A stretch of 64,000 nucleotides of DNA from Alphaproteobacteria bacterium (GTDB lineage: Bacteria > Pseudomonadota > Alphaproteobacteria > UBA828): positions 64,001 to 128,000 of the forward strand of contig CAXXVO010000005.1 of NCBI GenBank assembly GCA_963422645.2, written 5' to 3'. Every line of letters starts with the position of its first letter. The first letter of the stretch is position 1. Positions 20,041-29,722 of this stretch are shown here, piece after piece. Below the pieces are notes generated by a model that saw nothing but the letters and a program-made list of their open reading frames with translations, ran no database searches and was not told where the DNA came from. Position numbers and translations under genes: made by a program.

Positions 20041-21104
20041 TCGACCGCCTCCCGCACCAGCTCGTGAAAGTAGAACACGCCGTTCTCGTGCAGCGGGCTG
20101 AGCGGGCCCGCCTCGTACACGCCGGCTTCTAGGTTCTCCTGAATGAGTGGCGTGATCCATTGGTCCTCCTTCGAAACCTGGACGCCGTAGTCCAGCGTCG
20201 CCTCGAAGTCCTCCATGCTGACCGAGTCCGGCCGCCAGTAGTCGTAGACCAGGCGCGTCTGGCGTGGGCCGACCGGCTCCATCCGCATGAAGGAAAGCCC
20301 GTCCGGGTAAGAGTTGAACGCAAAATGAGGAAAACGCCAACCGAAAGCGCCGGGGTGGGTCGAGCTCCCCTTCGTCGGAGCCTCATGCAGGCTGCCCCCT
20401 TCGAAGTTGACGACCCTGTAGCGCTTCCAGTCGAGATCACGATTCAATCCGGGGTGCAGCGGAGGGATGTGATAGCCCTCCTGGTAATTGTCGACATAGG
20501 TCTTCCAGTTGCAGTCGACAACAAACTCCAAGTGGCGTGCGAATTCGGCTTGCGCCGGCGCGGTCCCTTCGACCACGTCCCCGATCGGGCCGAGCCACTC
20601 GATGAGCGGGGGCGCCTCCGGGTCCAGGCATACGAAGATCTGGCCGCGCCAGACATCGACCGAGATCGGGAACAGAGACAACTTGTCCTTCGGGAAGTCC
20701 GGCGCCTCGCCGAAGAGCGGCACATGATCGAGCGCGCCGTCGGAGCGGTAACGCCAGCCGTGATAGGGGCACTCGATGGCGTTGCAATGCCCGCTCGGCT
20801 CCATCAGCAGCTTGGAGGCCCGGTGCCGGCACACGTTGTGGAAGCCGTGGAGCGCTCCCTCTTCAGAGCGACGCACAAATAGGGGAAATTCGGCGGGAGC
20901 AGCGGTGATGTACTGTCCCGGCTCTGCCACTTCGCTCTCGCGCCCGATCCAGAGCCAATGGCGCGAGAAGATGCGTCGACGTTCGATCCGATAGATGTCG
21001 GGATCGGCGTACCAGCGCGCCGGCAGCGCCCACACGGTGGCCGCTTCCATCCGCTCCTTGATGCCACCGTCGAGGTCGTTGGCCGATCGTCCCGCAGAAG
21101 CCAT
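20028..21104 (-). CDS. Rieske oxygenase alpha subunit (choline monooxygenase/CntA-like)
   Basis: CRH...CPYH Rieske motif; NWKTYVDNYQEGYHIPPLH; ED motif near the C-terminus. Confidence 0.88.
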   Translation of the reverse strand: MASAGRSANDLDGGIKERMEAATVWALPARWYADPDIYRIERRRIFSRHWLWIGRESEVAEPGQYITAAPAEFPLFVRRSEEGALHGFHNVCRHRASKLLMEPSGHCNAIECPYHGWRYRSDGALDHVPLFGEAPDFPKDKLSLFPISVDVWRGQIFVCLDPEAPPLIEWLGPIGDVVEGTAPAQAEFARHLEFVVDCNWKTYVDNYQEGYHIPPLHPGLNRDLDWKRYRVVNFEGGSLHEAPTKGSSTHPGAFGWRFPHFAFNSYPDGLSFMRMEPVGPRQTRLVYDYWRPDSVSMEDFEATLDYGVQVSKEDQWITPLIQENLEAGVYEAGPLSPLHENGVFYFHELVREAVDSAA

Positions 21105-21139
21105 CGCGCGCCCTCACCCTTCAACCGCAGCGGCCGTCG

Positions 21140-21946
21140 TCACGCGTCGATTCGACCGAGCGCCCTGCCTTCGGAATCGAAACAAGCGGCGGTCAAGGTA
21201 CCGCCGTACCCTGCGCCGCCATCCACCGTCGCCACATAGTCGTCGAGGCTGACGCCGCCCTGCGACGGGTCGAAGCCCCGAATGATCTTCTTGTACTCGG
21301 CATAGGGCGGCGTGAGCTGCACGAGCTGATCGGCGCCCCACCAGAAGGCGTCCCTCTGGGTGTCGATCGGACGCGCCGGATCGAGCCCCGAATTCACGAA
21401 GAGCAGCGCCCCGTCGTCGGTGAAGGCCGCCTGCCGCACGCTGGCAAGCAACTCCTGATGCCCCGGATAGAGCTCCATCCTCCCGCGCACCTCGCTAAGC
21501 CAGCGCGCAATCTCCTGAGACCCGTTCGTGACCCGCTCCTGCGCCTGGGCGGCCCCCCAGCCGTAGGCCGCGAGAGTCTCCCGCACGCCCCGATCCATCA
21601 TCCAGGCCAACACGTCCGCCGGCCCGACCGAGAGATGGAGGCGGAACAGTTTTTGCCACATTTCCTCCTGGCTGCCGCGCAGATAGGCCACGTCGCAGAC
21701 ATTCATGTGCGGCACCGCGAGCAACGCGCTGCGGAAGGCCACCATCTCGTCGATGGTGGCGGCAACCTCGCGGCCGCGACCGAGAAAATTTCCGAGATAG
21801 ACGATGCGGTCGCCGGCCTCGAATCGCTCTTCGATCCCGGCGTGCAGCTCGGCAAGCCTCGACGCTTCGCCGTGGATAGAACCGACGGCCCAAATTCGTC
21901 CGCCGCTGCGGATCGTCACGAACCGTTCGTTGGTGGCGCAGCCCAC
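21140..21946 (-). CDS. Metallophosphoesterase-fold protein with degenerate motifs
   Basis: GSIHG, LGNFLGRG and LRGSQE in place of GDxHG, GDxxDRG and GNHE. Confidence 0.7.
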   Translation of the reverse strand: MGCATNERFVTIRSGGRIWAVGSIHGEASRLAELHAGIEERFEAGDRIVYLGNFLGRGREVAATIDEMVAFRSALLAVPHMNVCDVAYLRGSQEEMWQKLFRLHLSVGPADVLAWMMDRGVRETLAAYGWGAAQAQERVTNGSQEIARWLSEVRGRMELYPGHQELLASVRQAAFTDDGALLFVNSGLDPARPIDTQRDAFWWGADQLVQLTPPYAEYKKIIRGFDPSQGGVSLDDYVATVDGGAGYGGTLTAACFDSEGRALGRIDA

Positions 21947-21968
21947 GTGGTTGAGGGGAGGCCCGCTC

Positions 21969-22883
21969 CTACGCCGCGCGTAGGACGTCCTCGAGCTTGT
22001 TCGCGGCCTGCTCGGCATCGGTGTTGTCGACCGCCGCGAATTCTCGCGACAGGCGATCCAGCGCCGCCTCGTACATCTGGCGCTCGCTGTAGCTCTGGTC
22101 CGGCTGTCCGACGTTGCGGTGCAGGTCCCGCACGACCTCCGCGATCGCGACCGGATCGCCGGAGTTCAGCTTCGCCTCATATTCCTGAGCGCGCCGGCTC
22201 CACATGACGCGGCGCTGGCGCGCCCGCCCCCGCAGAGTGGTGATCGCGGCATCCATGGTCTCGCGCGAGCTCAGCCGGCGCATACCGGCCGACTCCACCT
22301 TTTGGGTCGGGACCATGAGGGTCATCTTGTCCTTCTCGAAGGCCACGACGAACATCTGCAGGGTCTGTTCCCCAACCGCCCGTTCGTCGATCCCGGTGAT
22401 CCGGCCGACCCCGTGGGCCGGATAGACCACGTGATCGCCCACTGCGAATCCGTTGATCTCGGTCGGGGCCTTCTTCTTTTGCCGCACTTCGGGGACCGCC
22501 TCTGATTTAGCCGCGGCGTTCGACCTGGTGGTCCGCTTGGCCTTGGCCTTGGCCCCACCACCGGCCTTGGTCTCTTTGGCGGCCTTGGTGTTCTTGGTAT
22601 TCTTGCCGGCTTTGGCGGCCTTGGCGCTCTTCGTGCGCCCGGCCGCACCTGCCGACTTCGCCGTGTCCCCCTCCTGAGCCTCCGGCTCCTTCGACTCCGG
22701 CCGCGACGCAGCACGCCGCGCACCGGAGGCCGCGCCGGTGATCTTCTTGCTCGCAGCCCGAGAGCGCGCCGATGCCTTTGATCGCGCTGCTGTGCTCGGG
22801 GAGGAGGAAGACCCTTTGCGGGCCTTGGCGGCGGTCTGTGCTTTAGTGGAAGTCTTCGATTTCGACGGCGCCTTGCTGCTCAC
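21969..22883 (-). CDS. carD: CarD-family transcriptional regulator with Lys/Ala/Ser-rich N-terminal extension
   Basis: VVYPAHGVG, WSRRAQEYEAK, QSYSERQ; start inferred at GTG 22883. Confidence 0.85.
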   Translation of the reverse strand: MSSKAPSKSKTSTKAQTAAKARKGSSSSPSTAARSKASARSRAASKKITGAASGARRAASRPESKEPEAQEGDTAKSAGAAGRTKSAKAAKAGKNTKNTKAAKETKAGGGAKAKAKRTTRSNAAAKSEAVPEVRQKKKAPTEINGFAVGDHVVYPAHGVGRITGIDERAVGEQTLQMFVVAFEKDKMTLMVPTQKVESAGMRRLSSRETMDAAITTLRGRARQRRVMWSRRAQEYEAKLNSGDPVAIAEVVRDLHRNVGQPDQSYSERQMYEAALDRLSREFAAVDNTDAEQAANKLEDVLRAA

Positions 22884-23052
22884 TTTACCCTGAAGTCCTT
22901 GTCCGATTTGAATAGGGCCGCGCTCGAACGGCCCTACGCTGACGGCGGTCGCTCGGTGCTCCGCCGCTTGCAGCCGGGCGCCGATCGCCCCGCCGCAATG
23001 GGACATACCATACCAGAGTCGCGGTGAAATTTCCAGGGTTTGGCCCGCGCGC

Positions 23053-23397
23053 TTAATCCCCTTCGCCCGGCTTGTCCGAAAAATACTTCTCGAACTTGCC
23101 GGATTCGTCCTTGTAGTCGTCCGCGTCGCCGGGCGGGTCGCCCTTGCGCGTGATGTTGGGCCAGATCTCGGCGAACTTAGTGTTGATCTCTAACCACTTC
23201 CCCTCATCGTCGTCGCCGGCGGTATCGGGAATGATCGCTTCGACCGGACACTCCGGCTCGCACACGCCGCAATCGATGCACTCGTCCGGGTGGATTACGA
23301 GCATGTTCTCGCCTACATAGAAGCAATCCACCGGGCAGACTTCGATGCAGTCCATGTACTTGCACCGAATGCAGGCCTCGGTCACCAGATACGTCAT
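23053..23397 (-). CDS. fdxA: 7Fe ferredoxin
   Basis: [17 protein letters not shown] and [12 protein letters not shown]. Confidence 0.95.
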   Translation of the reverse strand: MTYLVTEACIRCKYMDCIEVCPVDCFYVGENMLVIHPDECIDCGVCEPECPVEAIIPDTAGDDDEGKWLEINTKFAEIWPNITRKGDPPGDADDYKDESGKFEKYFSDKPGEGD

Positions 23398-23445
23398 TCG
23401 CTTTGTGCTCCGTGCTTCGCTTGTGCGTGCGCTGCGGCCGGCTGC

Positions 23446-23925
23446 TCACGTGTCAGCCGCTCGCTCCGCTCCCTGTCCGACGCGGGCGAGGACACGTTTG
23501 CGCGCTTCCCCCCGTTCCCGGTCGGTGATGTGAAGCAAGCCGCCGACGCGGCGGATCAGATTGGCCTCGTATGCGTGAAGCCTGCCGTCAGCATAAACCA
23601 CCTCCCACAGCATCTCCATCACTGCGAGTCGGTCTGCATGGTCGTAGCGGTCGTTGATGGCCCGCGTGAAGCGGTGAAGGTCGGTCGCCTCGTGGTGGAT
23701 GGCCTCTGCCTCTTCGATCAGGGTGCCCGCCTCGGCTTCACTAAGCCCGAAGTGTGCGCCCAGGGACGCGCAAATTGCGTCACGCTCGTCGCCGTCGAAG
23801 TCCCCGTCCATGCACGCCGCCTCGACCAGCAGCGCCGCCGCCGCGAGTTTCGGGACGTCGGGCTGGGCCGGCTCGGCGCCGACCGCGCCGGCGCCGCTCA
23901 GAAGAGACTTAATCCTGTCGATCAC
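23446..23925 (-). CDS. TerB-family protein
   Basis: AALLVEAACMDG, LWEVVYADG, YEANLIRR. Confidence 0.8.
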   Translation of the reverse strand: MIDRIKSLLSGAGAVGAEPAQPDVPKLAAAALLVEAACMDGDFDGDERDAICASLGAHFGLSEAEAGTLIEEAEAIHHEATDLHRFTRAINDRYDHADRLAVMEMLWEVVYADGRLHAYEANLIRRVGGLLHITDRERGEARKRVLARVGQGAERAADT

Positions 23926-23998
23926 GGGCGCTGCGTATCATAACGGCGGCGACCGATTCAAGGGGCACCCCGATGCGCCGGGCGTCGCGAATCGGGCC

Positions 23999-24283
23999 CT
24001 ACTCCTGCTCGATTTCCTCGTAGAGCTTCCGCGCCTCGGGCGCGGGCCCGCGCCGCTCCGCCACTGCCAGGATTCGCACGATTCTCACCATCCTGCCCTG
24101 CACGAAGGTCAGCACGTCGCCGGGGCCGACGGTCCGGTGAGCCTTGGTGTTGCGGCGGCCGTTGACCCGAATACGTCCCGCCTCGCAGGCCTTCTGCGCG
24201 AGCCCCCGGGTCTTGAAGAAGCGCGCATACCAGAGCCACTTGTCCAGCCGGCTCGCGGCGAGAGCAGGTGCGTCGCGCGTCAC
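23999..24283 (-). CDS. RNA-binding S4 domain protein (Hsp15-like)
   Basis: RLDKWLWYARFFKTR...RRGPAPEA; GTGA overlap with the helicase stop. Confidence 0.88.
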   Translation of the reverse strand: MTRDAPALAASRLDKWLWYARFFKTRGLAQKACEAGRIRVNGRRNTKAHRTVGPGDVLTFVQGRMVRIVRILAVAERRGPAPEARKLYEEIEQE

Positions 24284-26817
24284 GACGAGCGCGCGGCCTC
24301 GCTGGCAAGCACGCGGAGCTTCGCGAAGGGAGAATCGGGGTCCACCCCCCTCCCCCTGCGGCGCGTCTTCTCTGCCGGCCGACCCGGGCGCGTGCCGCTC
24401 CGCCCATAGCGCGGCTGTCCGTCGGTCCCCAGCCCCACCATGGCGTAGCCGAGGGCGGCGAGAATGTCGTCGAACTTGGCCCGCTTGCAGGCGGCGAGCT
24501 TGAGCATTCCGGTGTCGACGGCAAAGGGCTCCCTGCGGGCCGCTTTGCGCAGCCGCCCGGCGAGGCGCTCCGCGATGTCGGCACGGACCACCTGGGAGCC
24601 CAGGGGAACCAGGCCGAGCGCCGCGTAGCATGCGTCCGGCACGGCCGGGTCGCGGTCCATCGAGACCGCCGAGCCCGGCGTCGGCGGCGGCGTGCCGGCG
24701 CTGCTCCAGGCCCACCACAGCAGGCCGGCGCAGCGCGCACGCGCCGGTTTCAGCATGGCGGGCATGAACACGGTGAGCGCGCCAAGCCGCACGCCGGCCT
24801 CGGCGAGGGCGCGCCGCCCCGCATCGTCCAGCGCGGCGATCTGGGGGCTGAGCGAGCGCCGGGGCACGCAGCCGAGCGCCTCGCTCAACGCAAAGGCGAT
24901 GCCGCGGGCCGAACCCTCCAGCGCCGCCTCGCGCAGCGATACCAGGGGTCCCGCGTCGCGCTCGATGCGGCGATCGAGCCACGACTGGAGGCGCCGGCGC
25001 ACGCGCTCGCGCTGCGCGGCGCTCAGATGATCCTCGCCGATCAGCGCAATCTGCGGCCGGAGCGGCGCGTCGCCCTGCCCGAGGCGAGCGATGGTGGCGC
25101 CATCCCAAGCGATCTCGCCCCAACGGGGCGCATCGTCCCGCCCTGCTTCGAGCCCGAGCGTGAACGCATCGTCGCCATCCGCCACCGCGGCGGCGACCCG
25201 CCGCGCCACCTCGCGCTCGACCACGCGGTTGGCGGCCGCGAGAACCTCGCGGCTGCTCTCGGCCTCTACATCCGGCCGAAAGCGAAAGCCGTTGAAGGCG
25301 CCGGCCCGCTCGCCTTCCACCGTCACCGCGCCGCCCTCGCCGACGAGCGCGAAGAGCGCCTCGTCCGCTCGCCTGCCGAGACGGGGCCGCCTCGCCCTCC
25401 GATTGACGAAGAGCTGGGTCAACCGGGTATGGAGGGCATCGGAGAGCGCGTCCTCGAGTGCGCGCGTGCGCTCCTGCCAGCCGCGCGCGTCGTCCACCCA
25501 ATCGGATCGATGGGACACGTAGGTCCAGGTCCGCACATGGCTGATCCGGGCGGTCAGCGTGTCGATGTCGCCTTCGGTGGCCGCCAGCCGATCGATCGAA
25601 CGGCCGACCCAGTCCGGCGGCAGGCGCCCGCTCTCAGCCAGGGAGAGGTAGATTCGACGCACGAGGCCGACGTGATCCTCCGCCATGGTCTTGCGAAAAT
25701 CGGGGATCTGACAGGTCTCCCAGAGGAGCGCGATACGATCCGCGCCGGTCAGCGTTTCTGCGACCGCGGGATCGCGGGCCAACACGAGCAGCGTGCGATG
25801 GTCGTCCGCATCGTGGGTCCGCCGGAGGCCGGGCAGCGGCGGCGGTTCAGCCAACGATTCTGCCAGCGCAGGCAGCGACTCGAAGGAGAGCTCGGCGTTG
25901 CGCCAGTAGGCCTGTTGCACGGCCGGGAAGCGATGATTCTCGACCGCCTGTACGAGGGTCGGCTCGAAGGGTTCGACGCCCCCGGTCGTGCCGAAGCTGC
26001 CGTCCCTGAGGTGACGCCCGGCGCGGCCGGCGATTTGCGCGATCTCGGCTGACGTCAGCATCCGCGTCGTGCGGCCGTCGAACTTCTGATAGGCCGAGAA
26101 GGCGACGTGATCCAGGTCCAGGTTGAGCCCCATGCCGATGGCATCTGTCGCCACCAGATTGTCCACCTCGCCCGCCTGGTAGAGACCCACCTGCGCGTTG
26201 CGCGTGCGCGGGCTCAGCGCTCCCAGCACCACGGCGCATCCGCCCCGGAGCCCCCGGATGCGCTCGGCAAGCGCGTAGACCGATTCGGTCGAGAACGCGA
26301 TCACCGCATTGCGGGGCTTGAGCCGCGCGAGCTTGCAGTGCCCCTCGTGCGCGAGCGTGGAGAGCCGGGGGCGGCCCCTAAAGCGCGCTTCCGGGACGAG
26401 CGTGCGGATCAGCGGGCGCATGGTGTCCGCGCCGAGGAACATGGTCTCCGCCGTGCCGCGCGCGCGCAGGAGCCGGTCGGTGAAGACGTGGCCGCGCTCG
26501 CGGTCGCCCGCCAGTTGAACCTCGTCCACGCCGACGAACTCGACCTCCCTGTCCAGGGGCATCGATTCGACGGTGCAGACGAAGTAGCGGGGCTCCTCCG
26601 GGATTCGCCGCTCTTCGCCCGTCACCAGGGCGACCACGCCAGCTCCCTTCTCCTCGACCACCCGGTCATAGACCTCGCGCGCGAGAAGGCGGAGCGGGAA
26701 GCCCATCATCCCGGTGCGATGGGCCAACATGCGCTCGACCGCCAGGTGGGTCTTGCCCGTGTTGGTCGGGCCGAGCAGCGCGGTGACGGTGGCGTTCTCG
26801 GCGTCGTGCCGAACCAT
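24280..26817 (-). CDS. Suv3/MgpS-like ATP-dependent helicase
   Basis: GPTNTGKT, DEVQ, ATDAIGMGLN, QIAGRAGR. Confidence 0.9.
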   Translation of the reverse strand: MVRHDAENATVTALLGPTNTGKTHLAVERMLAHRTGMMGFPLRLLAREVYDRVVEEKGAGVVALVTGEERRIPEEPRYFVCTVESMPLDREVEFVGVDEVQLAGDRERGHVFTDRLLRARGTAETMFLGADTMRPLIRTLVPEARFRGRPRLSTLAHEGHCKLARLKPRNAVIAFSTESVYALAERIRGLRGGCAVVLGALSPRTRNAQVGLYQAGEVDNLVATDAIGMGLNLDLDHVAFSAYQKFDGRTTRMLTSAEIAQIAGRAGRHLRDGSFGTTGGVEPFEPTLVQAVENHRFPAVQQAYWRNAELSFESLPALAESLAEPPPLPGLRRTHDADDHRTLLVLARDPAVAETLTGADRIALLWETCQIPDFRKTMAEDHVGLVRRIYLSLAESGRLPPDWVGRSIDRLAATEGDIDTLTARISHVRTWTYVSHRSDWVDDARGWQERTRALEDALSDALHTRLTQLFVNRRARRPRLGRRADEALFALVGEGGAVTVEGERAGAFNGFRFRPDVEAESSREVLAAANRVVEREVARRVAAAVADGDDAFTLGLEAGRDDAPRWGEIAWDGATIARLGQGDAPLRPQIALIGEDHLSAAQRERVRRRLQSWLDRRIERDAGPLVSLREAALEGSARGIAFALSEALGCVPRRSLSPQIAALDDAGRRALAEAGVRLGALTVFMPAMLKPARARCAGLLWWAWSSAGTPPPTPGSAVSMDRDPAVPDACYAALGLVPLGSQVVRADIAERLAGRLRKAARREPFAVDTGMLKLAACKRAKFDDILAALGYAMVGLGTDGQPRYGRSGTRPGRPAEKTRRRGRGVDPDSPFAKLRVLASEAARSS

Positions 26818-26968
26818 GGCGGGAAGTTTGGCGGTCCCGGCCGATTTGGCAACCCCATGAACCTGCGCTATGGCGCTGCCTCTCCCCGATCGCGGCTATC
26901 TCAACTCCCGCTATCGGTTAGAATACTCACGCGTGGCTCATAGGGTCTATTCGCGGAAGGGGAATCCC

Positions 26969-27457
26969 ATGCATCGTCAAACAAAAATCGCGGCGTCCGC
27001 TTTGGCGGCGACGGCCCTTGGTCTCGCCGTTGCGGCATGCCAGCCGCACATGATGGCTGCCTCGGTGCAAGAGGATGCCGCGCCGGATTCCGCCACTCAC
27101 GAGGCTGCCGCGCCGGCCGGAGAATTGACCGTGGCAGAGGTTCAGGAACTTATCGTGGGCAGTACTGTTTTTGTCAGAAACGAAGCGAACAGGGTCAGTC
27201 GGGCCGAGTATTTCTCTCCCGATGGAACTGTACAGATGAAGGCAAAGCCGGACTTCATGGGCATGGCATTCAGTTTCAAGGGAACATATCATTTCGACGA
27301 TCAGGAAGGCCTCTGCTTCGATTATCCCACTCTGCCGATCAGTCCCAAAGAGTATTGCGAGCCACTTGTCCGGCAGGGTGATGGAGGATACGGACTCGGT
27401 GAGGGAGGTATCGTCGAGCGCATCCTCGATGGCGACCACCTCGAGGAGCTGAAGTAG
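26969..27457 (+). CDS. Hypothetical lipoprotein
   Basis: Signal peptide with lipobox LAVAAC; visibly more AT-rich than the flanks. Confidence 0.6.
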   Translation: MHRQTKIAASALAATALGLAVAACQPHMMAASVQEDAAPDSATHEAAAPAGELTVAEVQELIVGSTVFVRNEANRVSRAEYFSPDGTVQMKAKPDFMGMAFSFKGTYHFDDQEGLCFDYPTLPISPKEYCEPLVRQGDGGYGLGEGGIVERILDGDHLEELK

Positions 27458-27540
27458 CCACTCTCGGCCCGACATTGCGGCCGATTGCAGGCAGCATCGG
27501 GGCGTGTTTGCCGTCGTAGCCCCCAACAAGCGCACACGGG

Positions 27541-27570
27541 CTTGAACCGCCTGCGGGTTCGTCACATATA
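27541..27570 (+). promoter_or_regulatory. RpoH (sigma32)-type promoter for htpG
   Basis: CTTGAA-N16-CACATATA upstream of a heat-shock gene. Confidence 0.65.
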
Positions 27571-27611
27571 GCGCTCCGAGTCGACGGTGTACGGGCGAGT
27601 CGGAGGGATCG

Positions 27612-29549
27612 ATGGCGAACACTAGCGGGGAGAGTCACGCGTTCCAGGCCGAGGTCAGCAAGCTGCTCGGCCTCATGGCCAACTCGCTCTATCGCGACAA
27701 GGAGATCTTCCTGCGCGAGTTGATCTCGAACGCGTCTGACGCGTGCGACAAGCTGCGCTACTCGGCAATCACCCAGCCCGATCTGCTGGGCGACGATGCC
27801 GCGCTCGCCGTGACCATTACGCCGGACAGCAAGAGCAGCGTCCTCGTCGTGTCCGACAACGGCATCGGCATGAACCGCCAGGAGCTGATCGACAACCTCG
27901 GCACCATCGCGCGCTCCGGCACCGAGGCCTTCGTCAAGCAGATGGCCGAGTCGCAGGCCGGCGACGGGCAGGACGAGCAGAGCGGACGGGACGGAGAAGA
28001 CGAACAGGAGGGCGCGACCGCCGGGCTTATCGGCCAGTTTGGCGTGGGCTTCTATTCGTCCTTCATGGTGGCGAAGCGCGTGGACGTCGTGACCCGCAGG
28101 GCGGACGAGGCCGAGGGCTGGCGCTGGCGCTCGGACGGAAGCGGATCGTTCACCATCGCGCCGGAGGCCGACGCCGCCCGCGGCACCAGGATCGAGCTCC
28201 ACTTGCGCAAGGACGACCGAGAGTTCCTGGAGCCGCTCCGCATCCGCACCGTCGTCAAGGCCTACTCCGACCATGTCGGCCTGCCGATCTGGCTCGAAAA
28301 CGAGGGCGGCCAGAAGGAAATGGTCAACGAGGGCTCGGCGTTCTGGAGCCGGCCCAAGAGCGAGATCGACGAGGACCAATACCGCGAGTTCTACCACCAC
28401 ATCGCCCACATGCCGGGCGACCCCTGGCACACCATCCACCTGCACGCCGAAGGGCGAATTGAGTACACGGCGCTGCTCTTCGTGCCGGACACCAAGCCCT
28501 TCGACCTCTTCGACCCGATCCGCAAGCACAGGGTCCGGCTCTACGTCAGACGGGTCTTCATCACCGACGAGTGCGAGGGGTTGATCCCGCCCTACCTCCG
28601 CTTCATGCGGGGCGTGGTGGATTCCAGCGACCTCGCGCTCAACGTCAGCCGCGAGACGCTGCAGAACGACCCGATCCTGGCGAAGATCAGGACCGGCCTG
28701 GTCAAGCGCGTCCTCTCCGAGCTTGAGAAGCGCGCCAAGAAGACCCCGGAGGACTACGCATCGTTCTGGGAGAATTTCGGCGCGGCCCTGAAGGAGGGGC
28801 TCTACGAGGATGCCGAGCAGAAGGACCGCCTGCTTCCCCTCGTCCGCTTCCGCTCCACGGGCGGCGGCGATTGCTGGCTCTCGCTCGACGACTACGTGGA
28901 CGCGATGCCGGAGCAGCAGGAAGCCATCTACTACATGAGCGGGGAGGATCCCGACGCGCTGCGTCGCAGCCCCCAGATCGAGGGCTTCCGCGCGCGCGGC
29001 ATCGACGTGCTGCTCATGGTCGACCCGGTCGATCAGTTCTGGCTGCCCGTAGTGGGCACATACCAGGAGAAGCCCTTCCGCTCGGTCACCCAGGGTGGGG
29101 CGGACCTGGACAAGTTCGCGGTGAGCGGCGAGGCCAAGCCGGATGAGGCCGACGCCACGCCGCCCGGCGAGTTGGACAAGCTGATCGCGCTCGTGAAGCT
29201 GACGCTGGCCGATGCCGTGAAGGACGTGCGGACCTCCGAGCGCCTGACCGACAGCCCGGTCTGCCTCGTCGCCGACGAGGGCGATCTCGACATGCATCTG
29301 GAGCGCTTGCTGCGCCAGCACAAGCACGAGCTGCCGGAGCAGAAGCGCGTGCTCGAGATCAACCCGTCACACGATCTGACCCGCGCGCTGGCGCGGATGG
29401 TCGGGCAGAAGGGGGCGAGCGAGGCGCTCGAGGACGCCGCGCACCTGCTGATGGATCAGGCGCTCATCCTCGAAGGCGAGCCGCTGCCCGACCCCTCGGC
29501 CTTCTCCAGGCGCCTGTCCGGTCTGGTGTCACGCGCGCTCACGGAGTGA
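27612..29549 (+). CDS. htpG: Chaperone HtpG (Hsp90)
   Basis: FLRELISNASDA, NLGTIARSGT, IGQFGVGFYS, LEINPSH. Confidence 0.97.
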   Translation: MANTSGESHAFQAEVSKLLGLMANSLYRDKEIFLRELISNASDACDKLRYSAITQPDLLGDDAALAVTITPDSKSSVLVVSDNGIGMNRQELIDNLGTIARSGTEAFVKQMAESQAGDGQDEQSGRDGEDEQEGATAGLIGQFGVGFYSSFMVAKRVDVVTRRADEAEGWRWRSDGSGSFTIAPEADAARGTRIELHLRKDDREFLEPLRIRTVVKAYSDHVGLPIWLENEGGQKEMVNEGSAFWSRPKSEIDEDQYREFYHHIAHMPGDPWHTIHLHAEGRIEYTALLFVPDTKPFDLFDPIRKHRVRLYVRRVFITDECEGLIPPYLRFMRGVVDSSDLALNVSRETLQNDPILAKIRTGLVKRVLSELEKRAKKTPEDYASFWENFGAALKEGLYEDAEQKDRLLPLVRFRSTGGGDCWLSLDDYVDAMPEQQEAIYYMSGEDPDALRRSPQIEGFRARGIDVLLMVDPVDQFWLPVVGTYQEKPFRSVTQGGADLDKFAVSGEAKPDEADATPPGELDKLIALVKLTLADAVKDVRTSERLTDSPVCLVADEGDLDMHLERLLRQHKHELPEQKRVLEINPSHDLTRALARMVGQKGASEALEDAAHLLMDQALILEGEPLPDPSAFSRRLSGLVSRALTE

Positions 29550-29678
29550 GTATCGCGCGTGCTGAAAATGCGAGGGTCGCGCGCTCACGGAGTGAGTATC
29601 GCGCGCGCTGAAGATGCAGGGATCGCGCGCTAAGGGAGTGAACGCAGCGCGTGCTTGAGGTGTGAGAAGCGCGCGCTC
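29532..29678 (+). repeat. 46-bp tandem repeat (about 3.2 copies) overlapping the htpG stop
   Basis: CGCGCGCT units start at 29532, 29578, 29624 and 29670; similarity decays rightwards. Confidence 0.8.
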
Positions 29679-29722
29679 GGATTAATCGGCCCGGCCCGGC
29701 GCCCGATGATCGGGCGTACCCG

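Noticed and set aside
29532-29678. CRISPR array
   Set aside because: The intervening segments resemble each other, the period is only 46 bp, and there are no cas genes. It is a tandem repeat.
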